Below, piece by piece: positions 37,090-49,839 of a DNA stretch of 59,930 bases (positions within the stretch are counted from its first letter, which is position 1; each line of letters starts with the position of its first letter). The stretch is from Mustelus asterias (Eukaryota): contig NW_027590468.1 in the NCBI RefSeq assembly GCF_964213995.1, forward strand, positions 190,071-250,000, given 5' to 3'. The notes beneath the pieces are model-generated. The model made no database searches and was not told the origin of the DNA. It saw only the letters and a list, made by a program, of their open reading frames with translations. The position numbers and the translations under genes are program-made.

Positions 37090-38645
37090 ACTAATGATTG
37101 AAGGTCAATTATTCTAGCCTGGGGACTTCACTGCAGGAGTTCCTCAGTGTCTCAGGCCCAACCAGCTTCAGTTGCTTCACCAATCACCTTCACTCCATTA
37201 TAAGGTCAGAATTTGGGATGTTCGCTGATGACTGAACAATGTTCAGCACCATTCATGACACCTCAGACCTTGAAGTAGTGCATTACAAATGCAGCAAGAG
37301 CTGGACAGTATCTCGGCTTTGACTGAGAAACTGCAAATAACATTTGCGCCACATATGTTTTTTTAATAACAGATTTTTAAAAAATATACTTTTCCAATTC
37401 AATCAAATCAAATCCAATTCAGAGTCTCAACAAGTTGAGACATTTCAGATCCAGGCTGACAAGACAGGGCGAGCGACCAAACCACCCTGTCCTGGGCCTG
37501 ATCTACATGAGCCAAGCTGGTTGGAGAAGGGGGAGGTTCCTCCTCCAAGACTTGAGCTCATTTGCATCTTAGCCAAAAGGCCGATGTTCCAGGCAATGAC
37601 CACCTTCAACAGGAAAGGAGCTAACAATCGGCTCTTGGCATTTACTGGCTGAATCCCCCCATCAACATCCTGAGGGTTAACATTGCCCAGAAACTGGACT
37701 GGACTATCCATGTAAGTGCTGTAGCTGCAAGAGCATGTCAGAGGTTGGGAATCCTGTGGTGAATAACGTATCTCCTGAACCCCCAAATCCTCTGCACCAT
37801 CCACAAGACATAGTCATGATTGTGGTAGTGTATTCGCCACTTGCCTGGATGGGTGCAACTCAAACAACACTTAGAAATTTGACAAGATCCAGGACGAAGC
37901 AGCTCCGCTTGATTCAACGTTTATTTATTAGTGTCGCAAGTAGGCTTACATTAAAGCTGCAATGAAGTTACTTTGAAAAGCCCCTCGTCGCCACACTCCG
38001 GCGCCTGTTCGGGTGCATTGATGAAAAAGTTTGCATGGCCAATGCACCGAACCAGCACATCTTTCAGACTGTGGGAGGAAATTGCAGTACCCAGAGCAAA
38101 CCTCGCTGACACGGGGAAAACATGCAGACTCTGCACAGTCACCCAATCCGGGAATTGAACCCAGGTCCCTGCCGCTGTGGGGAGGGGTGGGGGCAGCAGT
38201 ACTAACCACTGTGCCGCTTTAGCATTAAGTACTCCATTCACAAACATCCACTTCTTCCACCACCGATGCACAGTGGCAGCAGTGTGGACCATCCACAAGA
38301 TACACAGCAGTAACTCTCCAAGTCTCCTTCGGCTGAATCTTCCAAACTCACGACCGCTATCATTTCGGAGGACAAGGGCAGCAGATACCTGGGAACACCA
38401 TCATCTGGACGTTCCCCTCCAAGTCACTCAGCATCCTGACTTGGAAATGTATCGGCAGTTCCTTCACTGTGGCTGGGTCAAAATAGTGGAACTTCTTCCC
38501 TAACAGCACTGCGTGTGTGCCTACACCTCACAGACTGCAGAGGTTCAAGCAGGAGACTCACAACCATCTTCTGAAGTGGGCAATTAGGGATTGGCAATAA
38601 ATGCTGGCCTGCCAGCGATGTCCACATTCCGTAAATGAATAAAAA
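37090..38645. mobile_element. Nested LINE/SINE fragments in constant-gene intron 1
   Basis: RT remnants GVPQ and GMFADD at ~37130-37240; SINE (-) at ~37915-38220; SINE/LINE tail ending aaatgaataaaaa at ~38640. Confidence 0.6.
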
Positions 38646-39133
38646 TAATAATAGCTAACTATTATAATTCAGGGCAGTGTCCAGGAGCCGCAGCTGCTGG
38701 TGCACCACCGAGTTTAGGAAATTATTAAATACTAACCAGGGCACTGGAGAACCCCGCTCCTCTGGAGAAATGCCCTGATACCATTTAATCCACTGCAGAG
38801 CTGAAATCAGGCCTCGGATTCACGACTTCTTCGGAAGACGGTGAAATACTGCACCGATGGATCGGCCCTGGATCCTGGGTTTTAATCCCTGATGGGGAAT
38901 CGACCCTGCACTCATTGAACTCAGATTTGGGCCGAACTAAATGGCAGAGCTACCAATGTTTCTCCGTTGTGAATAATCAAGTGAACAAGTCCAATCGTGC
39001 TATTTGATTCTTACTTACTTCGTGGTTATTGGTTATGACAACAACATTATTCAAAGTGATCCTGAGACCAAACATGGTTACAGTAATGTCACTTGCTCAC
39101 TTAATAAGTCAAATGTCTTTTTTGCCCTTCCAG

Positions 39134-39190
39134 ATAAACCTAAATGCCCTACAAATGATTCCTCGACAGAATCAAGTGACACGGAAAACG
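39134..39190 (+). CDS. TRDC: TCR constant exon 2 (connecting peptide with interchain Cys)
   Basis: cttccag|DKPKCPTNDSSTESSDTEN|gtatgt; phase 1/1. Confidence 0.85.
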
Positions 39191-39604
39191 GTATGTGCTT
39201 TCTTCAACATTTATCAAAGTAAAATACTTGCAAATAGACAGATTGATAAGTGGACAAACAGGCACGGATACAGACCCGGAGATCGAGTGATAAACATATA
39301 GTGAGATGGGGAGAAAGATAGATTGTCACACAGAGTGAGGGAGAGAGATATATAAATCGAGGGGGAAAGCGAGAGAAGAGGAGAGGCGGGGAGAGAGAGA
39401 GAGAAATTCAGAGTGAAAGAGAGATAAAGATAGATAGACAGGCAGGCAGACGGGCGGACGGACGGACAGAGATGGACAGACGGACGAAAGTCAAGCAGTT
39501 AGATAATGGAAAAAATATCACATTAGTGGTATACAGTTGTTTTTCAATACCAAATGATATATCCATTAAACCAGATCTATCATTTGTTTGTCTTATTTTG
39601 GCAG

Positions 39605-39714
39605 ATCGACTGAGGGTGAACTTTTTGTCTTTGACGGTGATGGGGCTCAGAATTTTGTTTTTCAAGAGCATTGTCTTCAATGTCATGATGACGGCCAGGG
39701 TGTGGCTATTTTGA
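39605..39714 (+). CDS. TRDC: TCR constant exon 3 (transmembrane)
   Basis: DRLRVNFLSLTVMGLRILFFKSIVFNVMMTARVWLF*; alpha/delta-type TM with R and K for CD3 assembly; TGAG|gtaag donor immediately after the stop. Confidence 0.92.
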
Positions 39715-40261
39715 GGTAAGGTCGGTCACCTGAATGCGTGCCAAGAAAGACAAACTGTGATGAACAGTGTCCATTGACGGGATCTCGCGAGGCCACTGTT
39801 AAGACAGACGCTGAAACTAACCCGTGGAGTGAGCATTAACTTGGATGCATTTAGACAAACGAACTCTTACTCCAGTGCCCCATCCTCATCGCTTTTCATC
39901 CCTCCCTTGCCACCGCACCACCCCCCCCCCCCTCCCCCGACCCCGCCCCCCTACCCCCGCTCCCAATCGCAGCCTTGACTTCTTAAACCTCTCCAGAGTT
40001 TTGTTTAATTATGCGTGTCACTGACTAGCCTAAGTTTTTACTCCCATCCCTTGGTCATGAGCTGTGTGGCTCTTTCGGAGAGTCGGTGCAGACTCTATGG
40101 GCCAAATCGCATCCTTCTGCACTGTAAGGGTTCTTGTGCACTTGCATTGGCTTCTGAGAATATTATTGGAGAACGTTAATGGAGACCCTAAAGATACAAT
40201 GTGTTCTTTGCTTGCTGACTCTTTGATGTGCTATTACTGTTGCTCCTTCCATTCCAAACAG

Positions 40262-40490
40262 AACTGCATTGGACAATGAAATGGATTCAGGTGTGAACTC
40301 ATTGACTGGGGCATCAACATCCAGAGGCTTCCTGATCAGAGGTTCCGCTTCAAGCAATTCAATCTCGCTTGTTTTAAATGACGACTTAACTTTTAAAGAT
40401 CCTCATTTCGGTAACTTTTTTCCACTGTTATTTTGATTTGAAACTCGTGGTTCTGCATGAATTCTGCTGCTTATGCTACATAAACTTTTC
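40262..40490 (+). other. Probable constant exon 4 (3' UTR); 3' end uncertain
   Basis: First strong acceptor (ctccttccattccaaacag) downstream of the post-stop donor; candidate polyA signals CATAAA ~40479, ATTAAA ~40799 and AATAAA 41558. Confidence 0.55.
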
Positions 40491-41819
40491 AATTATGCAT
40501 TTCAGCAACAGCGAGGAGCTAACATTTATATGGTTTCTGCCTGCATTAGTGTCGGAGACATTTTTGAAAACAGCATTTTCAATTTTAGGACATATAGAAC
40601 TTCGATTTTTATATTCTTTGCTGAGAATAGTAGAATCCTATTCAAGAGAAAGCAGCCACTCAGCGCACAGTGACAATGGCAGCCCCTTTACAGGGCAATC
40701 TAGCTAATGGCACCTCACATGTTCCTTTTGGTTGTTTTACTCTGGTAGTTATTTTAAACATTGCATTTTAATGCATGCAATTTAAGAGCGTAAGGTACAT
40801 TAAATCAGCAAGGGTCTGATCGGATTTTCATCAAACTCGATAACTCAGCAGTTAGATTTGAATGGCGAACAGGTAAGCTGGTTTTGAAATGACCCCTACC
40901 TGATCCGCTCAGTTTTAATCAGTCTCTGTGTTTCTTTCTGAGTATTTCAAGAGCTAGTGGAGGGAAGGGTGAGTTTGACAGCCTGGAGTTACTCCTTTGA
41001 ATCAAAGGAAGTCGATCAGAGCGAATATCAGGCGGTTAGTGGGATGCCATCCGCTTTTAGGTTGTTGCCAAGGAGATATTCTCTCTCCCGTACTTAATCT
41101 TGAACTCCAGATTTTCCTCCCAGTGCCACGGAGGCACCAAACCCCAGCCTGTACATCTGGACCCTTAGAGATAATCGAGCCACCACTTGCCACCGTGCAG
41201 AGCTTTATCATTACACGGCATTTCACAAGTAAGATGAGCAAGAGTTTTTGAACATCTCGCCATCAGCTTAGCCTAAAATCAGGTTATTGCTCTCAGGTTA
41301 TTTCACAGATGGGGCGTTCATACACATTTAAGATCATCCGGTTAGTCAGGGGAAGCGAGAGTTATGGGGCTAAGGTGGTAAAGTGGAGTTGAGGATAATA
41401 TCAAACGAGCCATGATTTCATTGAAAGGCGAAGAAGCTCCGGTGGGCCGAATGGTCTACTTCTGCTCCTCCGTCTTATGCTCTTCTGGTTCGTTAACTAC
41501 ACCTTTGTGCCTATCTGTCACCTTGTTATTTTGTCATATGCATCGCTTATAATATTGAATAAATTTGCAGTCTTTAATGAAAGGTGTCTTCCGTCTCTTT
41601 GTTAACGGGATGGCAAGACATGCATTTGGTTTGGTTGACAGAGAGCTCTTGTAGTCGCGCAGCACAAATGGAGGCCACTCAGCCCATCATGAGGATACCG
41701 GCTCCTCATGGCGGATCCTGCCAATTGGAGCCAATTTATTTTTTGAACTCCAACAATTGAAAGTCCACAGGTTTGAAGCCCCTGGTCTCAGGGCTGAGGT
41801 TCATTCGCTCGACGGCCAT

Positions 41820-44075
41820 TCCAATACAAAGAACAAGGAACAAAAAAAATTACAGCACAGAAACAGGGCCTTTGCCCCACCTCCCCCCCCCCCCCACCCC
41901 CCGCCCCCGCCTCCCCAAAAAGCCTGCACCGACCATGCTGCCCGACTGAACTAAAACCCCCTATCCTTCCGGGAACCATATCCCTCTATTCCCATCCTAT
42001 TCATGTATTTGTCCAGACGCCCTTTAAAACTAACAATTGTATCTGCTTCCATTACCTTCCCCAGCAGCGGGTTCCAGACACCCACCGCCTTCTGTGTAAA
42101 AAACTTGCCTCGTACATCTCTTTTGAAACGTGCCCATTGCACCTTAAACCTGTGCCCCCTAGTAATTGACTCTTCCACTCTGGAAAAAAGCTTCTGACTA
42201 TCCACTCTGTCAATGCCCCTACTAATCTTGTACATTTTTATCAGGTCACCCCTCAACCTCCGTCATTCCAGTGAGAACAACCCAAGTTTCTCCAACCTCT
42301 CCTCATAGCTAATGCCCTCCATACCAAGCAACATCCCGGTAAATCTTTTCTGTACCCTCTCCAAAGCCTCCACATCTTTCTGGTGGTGTGGCGACCAGAA
42401 TTGAACACTATATTCCAAGTGCGGCCTAACTAACGTTCTATAAAGCTGCAACATGAACAAAGAACAACAAAGAACAAAGAACAATACAGCACAGGAACAG
42501 GCCCTTCGGCCCTCCAAGCCTGCGCCGCTCCCTGGTCCCAACTGGACCATTCTTTTGTATCCCTCCATTCCCACTCCATTCATGTGGCTATCTAGATAAG
42601 TCTTAAACGTTCCCAGTGTGTCTGCCTCCACCACCTTGCCCGGCAGCGCATTCCAGGCCCCCACCACCCTCTGTGTAAAATACGTCCTTCTGATATCCGT
42701 ATTAAACCTCCCCCTCCCCCCCTCACCTTGAACCTATGACCCCTCGTGAACGTCACCACCGACCTGGGAAAAAGCTTCCCACCATTCACCCTATCTATGC
42801 CTTTCATAATTTTATGCACCTCTATTAGGTCACCCCTCATCCTCCATCTTTCCAGTGAGAACAACCCCAGTTTACCCAATCTCTCCTCATAACTAAGCCC
42901 TTCCATACCAGGCAACATCCTGGTAAACCTCCTCTGCACTCTCTCTAAAGCCTCCACGTCCTTCTGGTAGTGTGGCGACCAGAACTGGGCGCAGTATTCC
43001 AAATGCGGCCGAACCAACGTTCTATACAACTGCAACATCAGACCCCAACTTTTATACTCTATGCCCCGTCCTATAAAGGCAAGCATGTCATATGCCTTCT
43101 TCACTACCTTCTCTACCTGTGACGTCACCTTCAAGGACCTGTGGACTTGCACACCCAGGTCCCTCTGCGTATCTACACCCTTTATGGTTCTGCCATTTAT
43201 CGTATAGCTCCCCCCTACGTTAGTTCTACCAAAATGCATCACTTCGCATTTATCTGGATTGAACTCCATCTGCCATTTCTTTGCCCAAATTTCCAGCCTA
43301 TCTATATCCTGCTGTAGCCTCTGACAATGTTCCTCACTATCTACAAGTCCAGCCATTTTTGTGTCGTCCGCAAACTTACTGATCACCCCAGTTACACCTT
43401 CTTCCAGATCGTTTATATAAATCACGAACAGCAGAGGTCCCAATACAGAGCCCTGCGGAACACCACTAGTCACAGGCATCCAGCCGGAAAAAGACCCTTC
43501 CACTGCCACCCTTTGTCTCCTGTGACCAAGCCAGTTCTCCACCCATCTAGCCACCTCCCCCTTTATCCCATGAGATCCAACCTTTTGCACCAACCTACCA
43601 TGAGGGACTTGCCAATTTTTGACTTGCCAATTTTTAAATTCAATGCCCCGGCCGATGAAGGCAAGCATGCCGTATGCCTTCTTGACTACCTTTTCCACCT
43701 GCGTTGCCACTTTCAATGACCTGTACACCAGATCCCTGTGCTATCAATACTCTTAAGGGTTCTGCCATTTACTGTATATTTCCTATCTGCATTAGACCTT
43801 CCAAAATGCATTACCTCACATTTGTCCGGATTAAACTCCATCTGCCATCTCTCCACCCAAGTCTCTAACCGATCTATATCCTGCTGCATCCTCTGATGGT
43901 CCTCATCGCTATCCGCAAATCTACCAATCCGCAAATCTACCAACCTTTGTTTCGTCTGCAAACTTACTAATCAATCCAGTTACATTTTCCTCCAAATCAT
44001 TTATATATATTACAAACAGCAAAGATCCCAGCACTGATCCCTGAGGAACGCCACTTGTCACAGTCCTCCATTCAG
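41820..44075 (-). mobile_element. Three nested/tandem CR1-type LINE RT fragments
   Basis: ORF 42592..43728 has [31 protein letters not shown]..; additional fragments at 41951..42450 and 43620..44070. Confidence 0.92.
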
Positions 44076-45424
44076 ACACGTTTTTATTTTGGTGGTCTTA
44101 CCATTATTCTGCCGCCCCCCCCCTCCCACTCCCACCCTAACCCCCGCCCCACCCCTCTACCCAACCCGCCGAAAAATATAACAACGAAAAGCAATAGGAG
44201 TTAAGGTAATTCCTGATAGGAATGACGAATTGAAGAGTTAACCCCCGCAGGCTGGGAAAGCGAAAAGAATCCCAAAATGTTCCCAATACCCAAAGAGAAA
44301 CGCTGCTCCTGTGCCTGGTTTAGCTACATCGGCTGCAGCAGTAATTAGGGCCATTTGGATTGGGCTATAAATGTTAGCCAGGCCAGCGACTCCCACACAC
44401 AATATATTTGTTGCTTCACCCAGCGGTACGTGCATTTCCGGCAGGGCCAGAATGTATTTCCCATCCCGAATCACCATTGAACCGGGTGGGTTGCATTGAC
44501 CATGGTGTTGTACTTGAAGTCTCAGGCAGTGAACCAGATGGGTTTTAACAACAATTGACTCATGGTTCGCTTGTTGAATTCCAGGTTGCTTTTATTGAAT
44601 TCAGATTTCTCCAACTGCCATGGCAGGAATTCAATCCTCATGTGTGTCCAAAGCTTTCGCCCTGGCTTTCTGGATTAATCGTCATGCCGTTACAACACCC
44701 CTGAAGGGGGGGGGGGGAGGAACAATTGATCATGATGGGTTTTGTGCCCGTGTTCACAATGGAATATAATAATAGAATCGTAAAAGCCATACACTGCAGA
44801 AAGAGGCCGTTCGGCCCATCGAGTCTGCACTGATTCTCCGAAAGAGAAATCAACCCAGACCCTCCCCTCTGCCCACGGTCAATCCACCTAACCTGCACAT
44901 CTGTGGGACACAAAGGTGCATTTTGCCATGGCCAATCTACCCAATCTGCACATCCTTGGACTGAGGGAGACCAGAGCACCGGATGAAACCCACGCAGACA
45001 CGCGGGAACGTGCAAACTCAACACAGGCAGCCACCCAAGGCTGGAATCGAACCCGTGTCTCTGGCACTGCAGAGCTAACCACTGTGCCGAGGACTCTGGA
45101 TGACTTGCCCAGAGACCGCTCCCCCTAGCAACAAACCCATAAAACTTTAGTGTGACTTCTCAACCTGTACTTGATATTTTAAGAGGAATGATCCAGCTCT
45201 CTAACAGGGATGGCACAAATTATACTTCTCAGTCTTGATGTTCATGCTCTGAATTTCCTCTCAGGTGTTGATTTTCTTTTGCTTGTTGGCAGTAGGGGGG
45301 TTAATCGACTTTGGCTTGCTTATTTTGATAGAAACTGTTGAGATATAATGATACATGCGTTTACTGCTGATTGGGGGAACCAGGGTCTGGGGGAACCAGG
45401 GTCTGGTTGACAAGGCGACCAACG

Positions 45425-45560
45425 GCAGCAGGAAGTGGGCCGAGTGTGCGGTTTCAGTCAAGAGGTCGCTGAGCCTCTCAGTTTACTCAAAGACCAGAAC
45501 GTGTGGTTTAATCACCCGGGACTGGAAACTCCAGCAGCGAGGTGGCAGTTAGGCAGTGCG
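45425..45560. promoter_or_regulatory. Candidate T-cell 3' enhancer with adjacent CTCF-like site
   Basis: CAGGAAGTG (ETS, 45429), TGCGGTTT (RUNX, 45447), TCAAAG (TCF/LEF, 45487), TGTGGTTT (RUNX, 45502), CAGCGAGGTGGCAG (CTCF-like, 45535). Confidence 0.45.
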
Positions 45561-48500
45561 GGGGGAGGGGTGAGAGGCCAGATGTTGCCAATTGTCGACA
45601 AGCATGAATCTTTTCAGAGACTTTCCCAGCGACTGAAGCTGCAGGAGATTTCTGCATAAGACAGTTCCAAAAGCACACAGGCATCTGAGAGAAGAAACAA
45701 TTCCTCTCTTCTTCGCCCTCTTTCCTATCTGTCCCGCAAAGGTTAAACATTCTGTCAACTTCCACCCTCACACCGCTGTCCCCATCACCCCTCCGACCCT
45801 CCCCCCACCTCCCCCCGCCCCCCCCCCCCCCCAAAGGATCATATATGTTTCAAAAAATCATCACTCAATCTTCTGTACTCCAATGGACTCTGTCTGATCT
45901 TTCCTCGTATCACCCCGTCCCAACTCCTCAATCCAATCGAGCGAAATCACTTGCTTCCCCGCCTTAAGAAAGAAAATCTGCGGTCTTTACACCGTCTGGC
46001 TTTCATGTGACTCCTGACACACAGTATTTTTTATTCATTCATGGAACATGGGCGTTTATTGCCCATCTCCAGTTGCCCTTGGAGGGCAGTTGACAGTCAA
46101 CCACATTGATGTGGCTCTCGACTCACGTGTTGGCCAAACCAGGTAAGCACGGCAGATTTCCTTCCCCAAAGGACATAGTGACCCAAATGTTTTTTCTGAC
46201 AATTGGCAATGATTTCACTGTCATCAGTAGATTCGAAATTTCAGATATTTTTATTGAATTGTGTTTCAAACATGGGACCCCAGAACATTAGCTGAGTTTT
46301 TGGATTGATACTCTCGCGATAATATCACTAGCCATTCCCTCCCCTGGGTTGACTGTGAACTATCATCTGAGATGGCCATTAGCAAACTGTACTGTTCAAG
46401 GGCAATTAGCAAGAGCAACACAAAACCAGAAAATGCTGGAAAAGCTCTGCAGTTCTGACATCATCTGTGAAGAGAGAATAGTGTTAGCGTTTCGAGTCCG
46501 GATAGCCCTGATGAATCGTCATCGAGACTCGAAACTTTGGCTCTATTCTCTCTCCACAGATGCTGTCAGACCCACTGAGATATTCCAGAATGTTTTGTTT
46601 TTGTTTTGGATTATAGAATCCGCAGTAATTTGCGTTTCGGACTCGCAACAATTTTTGGCCTTGCGAACAATACTGATAGCCCAATGAATGAAAATTATTG
46701 AGAAAGGATCCAAGAATTAACAAGTATCTGTTTAACCGATTCTTCAGGCAGCAACCATTAATGAATCAAATGAAAGTGTTGCACTCCAGTCAATCCTGTC
46801 ACTCATCCGGTTCATACATTAAAGAACGAGGTAATTCGGCCTAACGAGCGCATGCTTCCTATCTCAATGAGCTAAAAAAAAACCCATTGCATTTGCCGTT
46901 GGCACATGTCCCTCGACATGTTATACTTTCGATTTTGTAATCATTCTCTTTTGAAAATCACCACCGAAAATGTTTACTCTGGTCTTTGAGACAATGAATC
47001 CCAACCCCTAACAATTGGCAATGTAAACCCGACTTGCTCATCTTCGATTCCAGGAACAGTTCTTGCTGCGTCTCTTACACGTGCGCCTTTACCAAGCCAC
47101 CGTGAAATTTTAATATGTATACAGTAACACACAGGCTACTGAGAAGCAGGAGTTGGTCACTTCCGGCCTGCTCTGCCAGTAAATAAGATTATGGCTGATC
47201 TTATTATAAGCTTCTGCCAACACTGATCACCTTTCACCCTCCTTGTTTACCAAGAATCTAGCTCCTTCTGCCTTTAAAAATATTGAAAGACTGCTTCCAC
47301 TGCCTTCTGAGGAAGGGACTTCCAGGGACACATCACCCTCTGAGAGGAAAACCTCCCCACTCTTCCTCTCCTATACGTGCGACCCCTCATTTTTAAAGAG
47401 TGCCCTTGGGGCTTCGCTGGAGCATTGCAGCAGGCGCAGGAGGGACCCGTAGGCAGGGAGAATGAGGATGAAAACAGGCTGTGCGTTGGAATTCTCGAAA
47501 TGAGCCACACATTTCTTTTCAGCGAAGAAACCAGCGTGAACGTAAGAGGCCAAAGTGCAGCATTTCAGACAAAAACAGGAAACGCTGCTTGCATCATGCC
47601 AGCCAGTAACTGTGCAAGTGAGAAACCGAGTTAAGGCTCCACATTGATGTCTTTGCATGAGGGCTGGAAGATGTAAGAGATGACGAGTTATTTTTATTCT
47701 TCCGCCCCATGTGGTTGCTGCAGCCTCTCTCGCCTCTTGTCTCACTAAACATTTCAGAAGATAGCTAAATGTCGGCCACATTTCTCTAGGTCTTGTCTCA
47801 CACATAGTCCAGGTTGTAGGCAGATTTCCTTTCTGAAAGAACATAAAAACTAGAAGCAGGAATAGGCCATCTGGCCCTCCGAGCCTGCTCCGCCATTCAA
47901 TAAGATCATGGCTGATGTTTTCATGGGCTCACCTCCACTTACCCGCCCGCTCACCATAACCCTGAATTCCTTTACTGCTCAAAAATCTATCTTTGCCTTA
48001 AAAACGTTTAACGATGTAGCCTCAACTGTTTCACTGAGCAGGGATTTATACAGATTCACAGCCATTTAGGTGAAGAGGTTCCTCCTCAACACAGTCCAAA
48101 CTCTCCTCACCATTATTTTGAGGTCTTGTCCCCTGGTTCTGATTTCATCTGCCAGTGGAAACAACCTCCTTGCTTCTATCTTATCTATTCCCTTCATAAT
48201 TGTGTACGTTTCTATAAGAACCCCCTTTTCTTCCAAACTCCAATGAGCATTGGTACAGCATTGGTGCGCAGAATGTGCTTTTGCAACAACGGATGACAGT
48301 TTTCTTAGGTTCTCTATTATTCAGCCGAATTTTCAATTCTACATTTTTTAATTAATTAAATTTAAATTCCACCTGTCACCGTTGGTGAGATTTGAACTCG
48401 TGGTTCCAGAGCACCAGACAATACTTTCCCAAGCCACAACCACTACCACGATAGAATCACAAGGGCAGTAGATAGCTGGGAACACCATCAAAAGGAGATT

Positions 48501-49129
48501 CACCCTCCAAGTCACTCACCATCCCGTCTTGGAAATATATCGGCCGTTCCTTCAGTACTGCTGGATCAAAATCCTGGAATTGTCAGAATTTTATATCTTT
48601 CAATGAGGTCTCCCATTTTCAAAATTTAATTGAATGCACGCCTCAATCTCTCCTCAAAGGACAATGCTAACATCCCAAGGAGCAGTCTGGTGAACCTTTG
48701 GTGCACCCCACCTATAACAAGTATGTTCTTTCTCGCCTTCCTATCTGTACCCAGATTGGCGGCAGACTGACATAGTGGTTAGCACGGCTGCCTCAAAGCA
48801 GCAGGGACCCGGGTTCGATTCCTGGCTTGGGTCACTGTCTGTGCGGAGTCTGCGCAGAAAATAATACAACTCAAACAGTCGGCTGCAAACAGCAAGAACC
48901 AAAAATACAACTACAGAGTCCAAAAGCAGAGAGAAAGGCGCATCCTGGGCTGTTTCGACGGTTTCAGGACAGTGAAATCAATCTGTTCTCATGTGTGGTG
49001 TAGATTTGAACCGAACGGCTCAGCGCTGAAAGGGTTAATGGAAAAGTGAGCGTGCAGTGAGCAGGAGTTACTGTAAGTGTTTCATCAGTAAGACCAGAAC
49101 CTTGCAGTCATGGAGTACAGTGAGGAATC

Positions 49130-49132
49130 TCA

Positions 49133-49165
<33 letters not shown>

Positions 49166-49830
49166 ACACACACTCAAACAAACACGCACACAGAAAAACG
49201 CACACTCAGACATGGCCACACACTCAGGCAAACACGCACACACACTCAATCAAACACAAACACACATACAAACACGCACACACACTCAATCAAACACAAA
49301 CACACATACAAACACGCACACACACTCAATCAAACACAAACACACATACAAACACGCACACAAACGCTGAGGCAAACACACACAAATACACACCCATAGG
49401 CATACACACACTCAGACAAAAATGCAAAGACACACAGATTATCTCAGGCAAAATGACACACAAACATAAACGCACGCACGCACACACACAGACACACACA
49501 CACATAGATACACACGCTGTCAGACAAACACACACATTGGCGCACGCGCGCACACAATGACAAACACAGGCACGCACACTCACAGACAACACATATAAAC
49601 ACACTCAAACAAGCACGCAGAAACACACACACTCACAGAGCAGCCACAAATGCTCAGACAAACTCGGACACAGACACACACGAAGAGAGTTTCAGAAATC
49701 ATTCGGACGGGTGCACCCACACAGAGCCAAAGAGAGACACAAATGCAATATCAGAAGAACATGCAGAGAAAGACACACACTGTTGCTCAGGGAGAAAAGA
49801 AGCACGCAGACACAGACCCACACACATAGT
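49130..49830 (+). repeat. CA-rich degenerate satellite including 3 copies of a 38-bp unit
   Basis: AAACACGCACACACACTCAATCAAACACAAACACACATAC-like unit repeated at ~49230-49360. Confidence 0.8.
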
Positions 49831-49839
49831 AACAGATAA

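Noticed and set aside
36315-39714. Calling the constant gene TRAC, TRGC or TRBC outright
   Set aside because: A TM with both R and K excludes beta/gamma; the complete Ig domain and NAR-TCR linkage favour delta. The alpha-like features are reported as findings instead.
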